Source: an uncultured bacterium
GTDB taxonomy: Bacteria > Armatimonadota > Abditibacteriia > Abditibacteriales > Abditibacteriaceae
DNA: 64,000 bases
Assembly: GCA_963843795.1 (NCBI GenBank)
Contig: CAWJLW010000006.1
Coordinates: forward strand, 930,001-994,000
Direction of reading: 5' to 3'
Made by a program: the position numbers and the translations under genes. Shown one piece after another: positions 32,338 to 41,748 of this stretch. A model generated the notes under the pieces. It did no database searches, had not been told where the DNA came from, and saw only the letters and a program-made list of their open reading frames with translations. Position 1 is the first letter of the stretch; each line of letters begins with the position of its first letter.

Positions 32338-35300
32338 TTATTTGTTTTCTGCATCCGCGACCGAGCGCGGACGAAACTGCGAATTGTCGGCATCGGGCGT
32401 GGAAACGGGTTCGCTTTCGGCCATGCTACGGGCGACCTGATTGGCCGCGGCATCATCGAATTCATCGTTGTCGAGATCGATAGCATCGCCCTCATCTAAG
32501 TTCTCGCCACCGACGATGCGAGCCATAACTTCCAGAAAGGCATCGGCCATCGTCGGGTCGAACTGCGTGCCCTTACCTTTTTCGATTTCGCTAAAGGCTT
32601 CGCTCCACGTCAGGGCTTTGCGATAGGGTCGGTCGGTCGTCATCGCGGAAAAACAGTCGGGCACGGCGAGCAAACGACCTAACAAAGGAATAGCTTCGCC
32701 GCGCAACTTGTCGGGGTAACCTTTACCATCGAAACGCTCGTGATGGTGACGAATACCGCCCAGAACTTCGGGCAAATTCGGCACATCTTTTACAATCAGA
32801 GCGCCGAAAACCGGATGTTGCTGCATGATGTTGAACTCGTCGTCGTTGAGGCGTCCCGGCTTGCGCAAAACCGCATCAGGAACGGCGATTTTTCCGACAT
32901 CATGCAGCAAGCCCGCAATGCGCACCGCGCGCAGGGTTTCGCTGGAGTATTCGAGCTGGCGTGCCATCAGCGACGCCCATTTGGTGACATCTTCGGAATG
33001 CTGGCGCGTGTAATGATCTTTGTTATCGATGGCGGTGACCAGTGCATCTAAAACACCAAACGAGCCGCCGGTTCCGGCTTCTTTGAGCTTGCGCAATTCG
33101 CGCGCGTTCTGATCGTTGTCGCGGCGTGTGGGCATCGAGGAACCGCCGCGTTTGGTTTCCTGAAGGCTGGCGTCGGCGGCGGACAAAAGTTCCAGTGCGC
33201 TGTTGCCATCTTGAGCGTAAGACGCCAAGCCAAACGAAAGTGTGATGGGAATGCGCCGCTTTTCGCCGGGCTGCTGATATCCTTCTTCCTCAATGCGCGC
33301 AGCGATGCGCCGACACGATTGCAGAGCGCCTTCTTCGTCGGTATCGACGAGCAGCGCAATGAATTCATCGCCGCCAAAACGCCCGACCACATCACCCATG
33401 CGACACACTTCCACCAGACAGCGCGCCACAATACGCAGCACGCGGTCGCCTTCGGAGTGGCCGTAAGTATCATTGAAAAATTTGAAATTATTCAAATCCA
33501 TCATGATAACTGCCAGGGGAGCTTCCGACCGTTGAGCGCGACTTAAAAGCGAGTTAAGCTGGCCTTGAATGGCACGATGATTATACAAGTCGGTCAGGCT
33601 ATCGCGGTCAACCAGACGACTCATTTCTTGATACAACTGCACGTTTTGCAGTGCACTACCTGCTTCAAACGCGAGCGCGGAAACCATCGCGCGTTCGGAC
33701 TTGTCCAGTGGCGCGCCAGCGCGCGCAATGCCTATGGCACCCAGCACGCGACCTTTAGAGCGAATTTCAGCAATGTGGCCCTGTTGCCAGATGTCCAGAG
33801 TCGAAGCGCTATCAGTGTTCGAATTTTCGGCTGCCTGACCGCTGCGCTGGACGTGCGTGGAATCTTCAACGGTGATCGCGCCGGCTTTTCGGCTCATGAC
33901 GTTGATTGAACGGTTCGTTTCGCTGATTGCCGTCTGAATTTTTTCCGTGTTGTCGCTTTGGGCAAGTTGGGTAAAGCGCTGCAAATCCGTGTTGCTGGCC
34001 AGCGCGCTATGCAAAGCTTTGAGCGCATAACGTCCCTGCGCGCTTTGGTGGCCGCGCGCCACGACCATGCTCCATTGTTTATCGTGAACTTCCATCGCGC
34101 CATTTTGAGTGCCCCTGATGAGATTACTGTTGCGCTCATTGAAGCCCGCGTGCAATGAAGCCAGCGCGCGTCGCTCGTTGCCGCTGCGCTCCAGTTCGCG
34201 CCACACGAAAGTTTCGATCGGCAACGTTACCGACGTAGCGCTGTGAGAAGAATTGCCTTCGGAAACTGACATCTCTGTGAAGCCCAATTCTTCCCTATCC
34301 ACATAAAGCCACACCGCTCCGCATTGCGCATTTAGGGCGGAAAGCGTGCGTTCGATGGCCGTTGTCAGAATATGTTCACAGTTGCGCAAATCCGACAAAT
34401 CGGCGGTTGCCGAATGCAGAGTCGAAATTTGACGTGTGCGCTGGTGCAAAGTCGCCGTCGCTTGCTGCAGGCGCATTCGCAGACGTGAGACTTCGATCCA
34501 ACTTTGCGCACCGATGCGCAGCGAAACTATATGGCGCACCACTGCCAACAACAGCAGCAGTGGCCCCCACCAGAGCGCGCCCACTTCGGCGCCCAAAACT
34601 TTGGCGCGCAAATCCCCATCGCCCAAGCGCCAAGCGCTGCTCAAAACAACCGCGCATGGTAAAAGAATAATCCACAAATCGCGCCACAAGCGCGAAGACC
34701 CCAAAATGAATTCGTGGCCCGGTTCTGCATCACCAGCGCTCGAAACATTGCTTTGATCGTCAAAAGTAACAACTGTTGCTTCGGGAACCGCCGGTCGCAA
34801 AAGCATACTCGCGCCCATCAGCAGCGGAGCCAGCCAACGCAGTAGCACATCCTGAGTGGAAATGGCGCCGCGCGTGCCGACGTTGAGAAATCTTATGTCC
34901 GCCCAGACCCAAAAAAATAGAGCGCACAATAGCAACAGCACCGAAATCCACGAAATGCGCAGGGCGCGCAATTGGTCTTTGCGCACCGAGCTTACTGCGC
35001 CTTTTGTGCCCCACACGTCCACAGCTTTGGCCAGTGTCAGCATTAGTGCGGCGCACACGCCCCATAGTGCGCATAAGCCGTAGATTCCACTTCCGCTGGC
35101 GGGTGCGACAACGGGCAATGGTTTCAACATCATCGGCACGCGCCACAACCACCAGCCCGCCGCTACTAACGCGCCTCCGCCGATAAATCCATCGGCCAGC
35201 CACAAAGCGAATGTTCCACGCCGTTGCGTTTGCAAATTTTGCGAATGCGGCAACGTCCACAGCCCGACCCCGACGGCCAGCGCCAGCGACGACGCGACCA

Positions 35301-35733
35301 GCAGCACATTAGAAAAAACCAAGCGCGGCGCGGGCAGAGCACCGGCGCCCAGATGTAGGCCCGAAAATTCGCTCATCATGCGCAAAACAAGCGCTGCCAG
35401 CAATGCCATTACTCCAGCAGAAAATAAGCTCCAGGGAGCCGTGGATACCCAAGGTGCAGGAGAAGTTGTTGTGCCGTTTTGCGATTGAATGGGAGACAGA
35501 TTTTTTTTGGTGAATAGCACCCAAAGCCATAGCGCAACTGCGGTGGCCAGCAGGCTACCGATCATGGTCAGGCGCGCAGCGGGAAGCGCGCCCCACGCTA
35601 CCGCCCGCGTTCCACCAAGTGCCGCCAGAACTGCCAGCGTGCACAACGAAATCCACGCTGCCAGCACGCGAGGAGCGGCCAACCGCGACGAATCAGAGCG
35701 CGAAGAATTGTCGGAAACTGTGGGGATCTTCAT
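32338..35733 (-). CDS. Membrane-bound GAF-GGDEF-HD-GYP c-di-GMP enzyme
   Basis: About 10 N-terminal TMs, a GAF-like region, DLNNFKFFNDTYGH, RFGGDEF, LLHDVGK and HHERFDGKGYP. Confidence 0.92.
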   Translation of the reverse strand: MKIPTVSDNSSRSDSSRLAAPRVLAAWISLCTLAVLAALGGTRAVAWGALPAARLTMIGSLLATAVALWLWVLFTKKNLSPIQSQNGTTTSPAPWVSTAPWSLFSAGVMALLAALVLRMMSEFSGLHLGAGALPAPRLVFSNVLLVASSLALAVGVGLWTLPHSQNLQTQRRGTFALWLADGFIGGGALVAAGWWLWRVPMMLKPLPVVAPASGSGIYGLCALWGVCAALMLTLAKAVDVWGTKGAVSSVRKDQLRALRISWISVLLLLCALFFWVWADIRFLNVGTRGAISTQDVLLRWLAPLLMGASMLLRPAVPEATVVTFDDQSNVSSAGDAEPGHEFILGSSRLWRDLWIILLPCAVVLSSAWRLGDGDLRAKVLGAEVGALWWGPLLLLLAVVRHIVSLRIGAQSWIEVSRLRMRLQQATATLHQRTRQISTLHSATADLSDLRNCEHILTTAIERTLSALNAQCGAVWLYVDREELGFTEMSVSEGNSSHSATSVTLPIETFVWRELERSGNERRALASLHAGFNERNSNLIRGTQNGAMEVHDKQWSMVVARGHQSAQGRYALKALHSALASNTDLQRFTQLAQSDNTEKIQTAISETNRSINVMSRKAGAITVEDSTHVQRSGQAAENSNTDSASTLDIWQQGHIAEIRSKGRVLGAIGIARAGAPLDKSERAMVSALAFEAGSALQNVQLYQEMSRLVDRDSLTDLYNHRAIQGQLNSLLSRAQRSEAPLAVIMMDLNNFKFFNDTYGHSEGDRVLRIVARCLVEVCRMGDVVGRFGGDEFIALLVDTDEEGALQSCRRIAARIEEEGYQQPGEKRRIPITLSFGLASYAQDGNSALELLSAADASLQETKRGGSSMPTRRDNDQNARELRKLKEAGTGGSFGVLDALVTAIDNKDHYTRQHSEDVTKWASLMARQLEYSSETLRAVRIAGLLHDVGKIAVPDAVLRKPGRLNDDEFNIMQQHPVFGALIVKDVPNLPEVLGGIRHHHERFDGKGYPDKLRGEAIPLLGRLLAVPDCFSAMTTDRPYRKALTWSEAFSEIEKGKGTQFDPTMADAFLEVMARIVGGENLDEGDAIDLDNDEFDDAAANQVARSMAESEPVSTPDADNSQFRPRSVADAENK

Positions 35734-36057
35734 ATCTTAAATCAAACAGGCAGTGCGTAAAAATGTCACGACGACAAATGTACAGCAATGCGTGTTACCA
35801 CAGATGACGGGATTTTGTGAATCATTACGGCATTGCACTGAAATGTCCCCTCTTCTGGTTATTCTACCTTATCACGCGGCGCTTCCATTTCCCGAAAATC
35901 CGGTGTTGCTGTCAATCGGTTGCTATCCATGCTTGCAAATAAGCTCGTTTGAAAGCAGACAGAGGTTTTGATGGCGAATTTGCTTCGAGGCATAAGGTTT
36001 GCAAAAAGGCTGTTCGATTTACTGACGCACAATATTTAGCACTGCGGAGGTGCGACG

Positions 36058-36273
36058 ATGGATGATTTGATGGAAACCGTGGAAAATTTGCCCAGCACTG
36101 TGTATTATGGTGGCGTGTTAGGCTCGATTCTGCTTTCGCTGGCATTATGGTTCAGCGGCAAGCGTTTGGCTGGAATTTTTGTGGGCTTGTGGGCGCCGAC
36201 TATTCTTAATCTTGGTCTGTATAACAAACTGCTCAACCCCAGCCGCGAACTTGAAGGTTCCGACCTAACTTGA
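36058..36273 (+). CDS. Small membrane protein (71 aa)
   Basis: GGAGGT RBS; GIFVGLWAPTIL motif; followed by a terminator. Confidence 0.8.
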   Translation: MDDLMETVENLPSTVYYGGVLGSILLSLALWFSGKRLAGIFVGLWAPTILNLGLYNKLLNPSRELEGSDLT

Positions 36274-36301
36274 GATTTTGCCATTCAAAACTCAACCGAT
36301 T

Positions 36302-36333
36302 AAAAAGCAGCGAATCCTTATTCGCTGCTTTTT
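36302..36333. terminator. Bidirectional intrinsic terminator
   Basis: aaaaagcagcgaat-cctt-attcgctgcttttt. Confidence 0.85.
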
Positions 36334-36385
36334 TGTCGTCAAATTTCGCCCTGCAAGTACTTGCCAGAAAGAAATAACGCCAATT

Positions 36386-37513
36386 TTAGCGCGTCAAGCG
36401 CAATTTGAGCAGGTCGTCATCCAACATTTTGAGATAAGAATCGTAGCGTTCGCGCGCTACGGTTTCTTCCTCGACCGCCGCACGCACGGCGCAACCGGGT
36501 TCGTGAACGTGGCTGCAATCGTTGAAGCGACAGGCGGGCGCCAGACGACGAAATTCGGGAAAACAGTTGGGCAGATTCACTTCCTGCTGTTCTAAAAGTG
36601 TCACGGTTTTAATGCCCGGTGTATCGGCGATATAGCCGCCCTTGTCCAAAGGATGCAGCGAAACTTCGGTCGTGGTATGACGGCCTTTCCCAATCTCCAT
36701 CACTTCGCCCACCCACAACATCAAATCGGTTTGCACCGCCATCGCCAGACTCGATTTTCCCACACCCGAAGAACCGATAAACGCCGAAATTTGATCTTTC
36801 AACAACTTCTTTAGCGGCTTGATGCCCTTGTCTTCATCTGCCGCAACTGGCAAAACCCGATAGCCGATTTTTTCGTAGCGCTCGACTAAAGGATCGACTT
36901 CGGCTTTAATTTCGCGTTTTTTCAGCAGATCGATTTTGTTGAGACAAATAATGGCGTTTAAATCCGAAGCCTCGGCCAAAACCAAAAAGCGATCTAAACG
37001 ATGCGTCGATAAATCGGGTGCGCGCATCGCCATCACGATGACGATTTGATGCAGGTTCGCGACGGCGATTTGTGAAGTTTTGCCATAGCGCGAGCGCCCC
37101 AGAACACTGGTGCGCGGCAGAATTTCTTCTATAAAACCTTCGCGTCGTCGCTCGCCCTGCGCATTGCCGCCCGTATTGAGCGTCGGGCGCACGCGCACTT
37201 TATCGCCCACCGCGACCGGTTGCGCTTGCTTGCGCGGCCCTTTTTTCAAGCGCCCGCCCAGCGTGCACGTTAAAACGACGCCTTTGGAGGTATCTTCTTC
37301 GATGGGCTGAAAATGGGTATCCAACAGTGGCGGCAATTCAGAAACGCGCTTTTTGCGAATATGCACATCGTAGCCGCCTGCCGAAGCGCGCAGCACAGTG
37401 CCTTCCTGCATTGGAAATTCTTCGGTTGGGCGGTCGGGCAAAAGCTCGGGCGAAATTTTTGGGGACGATGGGTTCAAAAGTTCTCCGGTCACAACAATTT
37501 TTCGGACACGCAA
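36386..37513 (-). CDS. rsgA: Ribosome small subunit-dependent GTPase A
   Basis: VAVGDKV, NKID, GSSGVGKSS, GRHTTT, DTPG and the CRFNDCSHVHEPGC zinc finger. The start is uncertain. Confidence 0.95.
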   Translation of the reverse strand: MRVRKIVVTGELLNPSSPKISPELLPDRPTEEFPMQEGTVLRASAGGYDVHIRKKRVSELPPLLDTHFQPIEEDTSKGVVLTCTLGGRLKKGPRKQAQPVAVGDKVRVRPTLNTGGNAQGERRREGFIEEILPRTSVLGRSRYGKTSQIAVANLHQIVIVMAMRAPDLSTHRLDRFLVLAEASDLNAIICLNKIDLLKKREIKAEVDPLVERYEKIGYRVLPVAADEDKGIKPLKKLLKDQISAFIGSSGVGKSSLAMAVQTDLMLWVGEVMEIGKGRHTTTEVSLHPLDKGGYIADTPGIKTVTLLEQQEVNLPNCFPEFRRLAPACRFNDCSHVHEPGCAVRAAVEEETVARERYDSYLKMLDDDLLKLRLTR

Positions 37514-37616
37514 TTCATTGTAGCCAAATCGACGATCTATAGCTGAGGCACTACGACTTTCGTGGCGATAGCGCCGACGAGACGGTTAAAATCTTCAGCG
37601 ATTACAATTTCTTCCT

Positions 37617-38801
37617 ATGTCTCTCCTTGAAAAGCTCCACAGCGAATTTGGCGACGCCGTAACGCTTGGCGCGCCCGAACCTGACGCCACGATTGACCAA
37701 CGCGCTCCGCAAGTACTTGCCGCGCCGCGCGACGAAGCATCCGCAGCGCAACTTTTGCAATGGTGCGGCGCGCACCAGATCGCGTTCGTGCCCGCTGGCG
37801 GACGCACGCGTCTGCACATCGGCGCGCCGCCCGAACGCTACAATTTATTGATTTCCAGCGCCCATTTGCAACAAATTCACGATCATGACGAAGGCAACGC
37901 GACCGTTGAAGCGGGCAGCGGCATCGCGCTTGAAGCGCTAGATAAAACCACGCGTCAGCGCGGGCAATTTGTGCCCCTGAGCGCAAACGACGCGCGTTCG
38001 ACTTTGGGTGGCGCTATCGCTTTGAACCAGATGGGAAGTTGGGCCTTGAAATACGGCACGGCGCGCGATTTAGTGACCGGCGTGCGCATGGTTCTCAGTG
38101 ATGGACGCACCGTGAAGGGCGGCGGAAAAGTCGTGAAAAATGTGTCCGGTTACGATTTGCCCAAACTGTTTATTGGTTCGCGTGGCACATTGGGTTTCAT
38201 CACGCGCGTGACTTTGCGTTTGCGTCCGGTTTCGCCCTGCACGCGGGATTACGAAATTCAAGATAACGCGGAAAATATTGCAGAATTAAATCAGCGCGTG
38301 ACCAATGGTGCCTTCGATACTGTCGGCGTGCGCGCGCGCTTCGATGGACAAAACTGGCTTTGGCAGGCGCGTTTCGAAGGCAGCGAAAGAGCGGTGCAAG
38401 GGCAAATCGCGCAATTGCCCGCGGCAAGTACTTGCGATGCACCCGCAAGTACTTGCGATGCGTTTTCGGCATTCCATAGATGCGCGATTCAACTGCGCGC
38501 TATGTTGCCGCGCGCCGTGGCTTTCGATTGGGCGCGCAACTGTGCACAAAATGGCGCGTCAGCGGTCGAAATCAACGCCACCGGTCTGGTGCGTCTGGGC
38601 TTCGATAAAATCGAATCGCAAGCGGTCGAAACCTTGCGCCAGAGCGCGCGTGAGGCGCACGGTTGGCTCCTTGTTGAACGTGCGCCAGTCGAATGGAAAT
38701 CGGCGAGTTTCGTGTGGGGGCACAGCGGTGGCGAGACGAGTTTAACGCGCGATTTGAAAACCAAATGGGATTCAGCTGATGTGTGTGCGGTTGGACGGTG
38801 A
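37617..38801 (+). CDS. FAD-binding oxidoreductase (GlcE-like)
   Basis: GGKVVKNVSGYDLPKLFIGSRGTLG and TLGG, typical of the FAD-binding PCMH domain. Confidence 0.88.
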   Translation: MSLLEKLHSEFGDAVTLGAPEPDATIDQRAPQVLAAPRDEASAAQLLQWCGAHQIAFVPAGGRTRLHIGAPPERYNLLISSAHLQQIHDHDEGNATVEAGSGIALEALDKTTRQRGQFVPLSANDARSTLGGAIALNQMGSWALKYGTARDLVTGVRMVLSDGRTVKGGGKVVKNVSGYDLPKLFIGSRGTLGFITRVTLRLRPVSPCTRDYEIQDNAENIAELNQRVTNGAFDTVGVRARFDGQNWLWQARFEGSERAVQGQIAQLPAASTCDAPASTCDAFSAFHRCAIQLRAMLPRAVAFDWARNCAQNGASAVEINATGLVRLGFDKIESQAVETLRQSAREAHGWLLVERAPVEWKSASFVWGHSGGETSLTRDLKTKWDSADVCAVGR

Positions 38802-38889
38802 AAATAAACTTGCAGGCTCGGATTGAAGCGTGCAAGTACTTGCTGCACGTTCGCCTTTTCTTGTTTCACTTTCATCTTTTCGCTTTCCT

Positions 38890-38898
38890 TGTTAAAAT
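38890..38898 (+). promoter_or_regulatory. Extended -10 promoter element (TG-T-TAAAAT) for the 6S RNA
   Basis: TGnTAAAAT lies immediately upstream of the predicted RNA 5' end. Confidence 0.55.
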
Positions 38899-38900
38899 AG

Positions 38901-39106
38901 AAAGTCCTGCCGCGTTCGTGACATCTGCAACGTTCTGAGCCTACAATTAACTTTTAGGGAGTCCTCCTTCGGGCCGGGACGCCAATCGTCGATGCCTTAA
39001 CCGGATTTTCTCGCAAGAGATAACGACAGTGGCGCAAGGGCCTGTTGCGGCGCCCACCTGCGTAAGCGGGTTCATTAACTTGCCTTTGCACGGCGTGGCG
39101 GGGTTT
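38901..39106 (+). ncRNA. ssrS: 6S RNA
   Basis: About 200 nt of non-coding sequence. The ends can pair (cctgccgcgttcgtg / cacggcgtggcggg). It contains AAAGTCCTG, GGGAG and CCCACCTGC..AGCGGGTTCA, resembling Firmicutes-type 6S RNA, and lies upstream of rarA. No covariance search was run. Confidence 0.8.
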
Positions 39107-39118
39107 TTCAAACTTTCA

Positions 39119-39152
39119 GCGAAAGACGAATCATTTCTCGTCTTTCGCTTTT
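39119..39152 (+). terminator. Terminator hairpin after the 6S RNA
   Basis: gcgaaagacga-N8-tcgtctttcgc followed by tttt. Confidence 0.7.
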
Positions 39153-39187
39153 CGCGTTTTCTTTAACGCTTTTCAACTCGCGTTTTC

Positions 39188-40589
39188 ATGAATTTGTTTC
39201 AAGATATTCCGACCGAAATCGCCGAAGCCGAATCGTCATCCGGCCCGCTCGCGGCGCGCATGCGTCCGCGCGATTGGGACGAATACGCCGGACAAACTCA
39301 TCTCACCGCTCCCGACGCGCCGCTGCGTCGCGCCATCGACGCCGACCGATTGCCTTCCGCAATTTTTCATGGCCCTGCGGGAACTGGCAAAACCACTCTG
39401 GCGCGCCTGATTGCGGGGAAAACGCGCGCTCATTTCGAGCCGTTTTCCGCCATTACCGGCGGCGTCGCCGATGTGCGTCGCATCGTCGAAGCCGCCAAAC
39501 AACGCAAACGCGCCGCTGCAGCCAGTGCAAGTACTCAGCAGCACGGATTCGTGCGCAAATAACGGGCGTACGATTGTTTTTGTCGATGAAATTCATCGTT
39601 TCAATCGTTCGCAGCAAGATGCATTTCTGCCGCACGTTGAAGACGGCACGATTACGCTCATCGGCGCGACGACCGAAAACCCTCTGGCAACCGTGAATTC
39701 GCCGCTGTTGTCGCGCTGTCGTTTGTTCGCGTTTGAAGCTCTGGACGACGAAGATTTGCTGCCGCTTTTAAAGCGCGCTTTGGTCGATCCGCGCGGTTTG
39801 GGCGAACGCGAAATTCAGGCCGATCCCGAAGCGCTGTTGCACATCGCGCGTTGTGGGTTGGGCGATGCGCGCACGGCATTGAATAGCTTGGAAATGGCGT
39901 GCGATTTGTGTCGTGATAAACATTTGACATTGACCGAAGTTGAGCGTGCGGTCGGGCGGCGCGCGATTGATTACGATCGGCGCGGCGATGCCCATTACGA
40001 TATGATTTCGGCGTATATTAAAAGTTTGCGCGGCGGCGCGCCCGATGCGGCATTGTATTGGATGGCGCGGATGTTGGAAGGCGGCGAAGACCCGATGTTT
40101 TTGGCGCGTCGTTTAGTTATTCAGGCTTCGGAAGACATTGGCAACGCCGATCCGCGCGCTTTGAGTGTGGCGCTTGCGGCATTGAATGCGGTCGAGAAAA
40201 TTGGTTTGCCCGAAGCGGCGATTCCGCTGGCACAAGCGACGATTTACGTGGCGAGCGCGCCCAAAAGCAACGCCAGTTATCGCGCGTTGCAGGGCGCGCA
40301 AAACGCGGCACGCGAAACGCCGCTATTAGCGGTACCAAAAGCCTTGCGTTCGACGGCGCTGCCGGGTTCCAAAAAGCGCAGTGGTGCGGGAAAAGGTTAT
40401 ATTTATCCGCATGATGAGCCGGGTAATTTCGCGCCACAGCAGTATTTGCCCGATGCATTAGTCGGACAAAATTGGTATCAGCCGACCGAAAACGGTTACG
40501 AAGCTCACATCGCCAAACGTTTGCGCGCATGGTGGGACGCAGCCAGCGAAACTGAGCCGAACGAGGAGGAAGCCGAAAGCCAAACGTAA
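39188..40589 (+). CDS. rarA: Replication-associated recombination protein A; frameshift near 39536
   Basis: The 5' ORF has PLAARMRP and GPAGTGKTT. The 3' ORF has FVDEIHRFN, IGATTENP, HYDMISA and ASEDIGNADP. Confidence 0.93.
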
Positions 40590-40635
40590 AATTGCAACGT
40601 CGTATAAAGTTGAGAGATTTGGTTTGCGGCTGGTT

Positions 40636-40995
40636 ATGGATTTACGATTGCGAAGCAGCCAGAATAACGGTACCGACATCGTCGAGGTGGCCGGAGAGTT
40701 GGAAATGCACGCCGCGCCCGAACTGCGCGCCGAATTGCAGCGCGTGTGCAGCACGCAAAGCCCGCGCGTGCTGATAGATTTGTCGCAGGTTTCGTTTATT
40801 GATTCGACCGGAATCGGCGTTTTGGTCGGCGCTTTGAAGCGCGCGCGCGAAGCAGGCGGCGCGCTAGTTCTGGTGTGTCCGGTGCCGCGCCTGCGTCGCA
40901 TTTTCGAAATCACCGGATTGCTGCAAGCGCTGCCGATGTATCAGGCGCGCAGCGAAGCCTTGAGCGCGCTCGACGAAGCCGCGCCGGTGAATTGA
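40636..40995 (+). CDS. STAS anti-sigma factor antagonist (RsbV/SpoIIAA-like)
   Basis: DLSQVSFIDSTGIGVL and IFEITGL. Confidence 0.92.
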   Translation: MDLRLRSSQNNGTDIVEVAGELEMHAAPELRAELQRVCSTQSPRVLIDLSQVSFIDSTGIGVLVGALKRAREAGGALVLVCPVPRLRRIFEITGLLQALPMYQARSEALSALDEAAPVN

Positions 40996-41013
40996 GGGTT
41001 GCGAGGAAACATT

Positions 41014-41697
41014 ATGTCCAATTCGAAATCTCAATCCAACGCGCATGATAATGCCGCCTTGAAAGCCGAACAGTGGAGCGCCGTACAAGCCGCGTCGGCA
41101 CAATCTGATAGCGATCACCAAGACGATCATCAAAATGTGAAGGCGCAGACAGCCAACACGCATGGCGCAAAGGCGCACACGGAAGTCGCGAAGAGCGTTG
41201 CGTCAGAAGCTAACGACCCTCAATCTATCGAGCGCGTGGTAACGGTGGAAATTCCGCCGCAAACCGAGTTCGTGCGTGTGGCTCGATTGGCAGCGACTGG
41301 CGTGGCGAGCCGGATGCGCTTCACTTACGACCAGATCGAAGACATCAAGCTGGCGATTTCCGAAGCGTGCAACAATGCGATTTTGCACGCGCAACCGGCA
41401 GCGAGCGCGGAAAATTCCACGCCATCGTCGATAATCGTGCGATTCTGGCCTTACGACGACCGCTTGGAAATCAGTGTCGCCGATGGCGGTCATCTGCCGC
41501 CGCCCGGCCTGCCGCTGCAGAATTTTGCGACACATGGCGGAGACGATGAAGCTTTGATGACGGAAAATTTGCCCGAAAGTGGCATGGGTTTGATGCTGAT
41601 TCAGGCGCTCATGGACGAAGTGAGCCAGCCCGAATCGGCGGAAAACGCAGCCACTTCCACCACGTTGCACATGACCAAACGTTTGCGTCCGCTGTGA
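41014..41697 (+). CDS. Anti-sigma factor Ser kinase (RsbW-like) with disordered N-terminal extension
   Basis: IEDIKLAISEACNNAILHA, VADGG and GMGLMLIQALMDEV. Confidence 0.9.
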   Translation: MSNSKSQSNAHDNAALKAEQWSAVQAASAQSDSDHQDDHQNVKAQTANTHGAKAHTEVAKSVASEANDPQSIERVVTVEIPPQTEFVRVARLAATGVASRMRFTYDQIEDIKLAISEACNNAILHAQPAASAENSTPSSIIVRFWPYDDRLEISVADGGHLPPPGLPLQNFATHGGDDEALMTENLPESGMGLMLIQALMDEVSQPESAENAATSTTLHMTKRLRPL

Positions 41698-41748
41698 TTT
41701 TGTTGGCTCCTGCAAGTACTTGCACTCTTCATTTCATCACCTTTTTTC

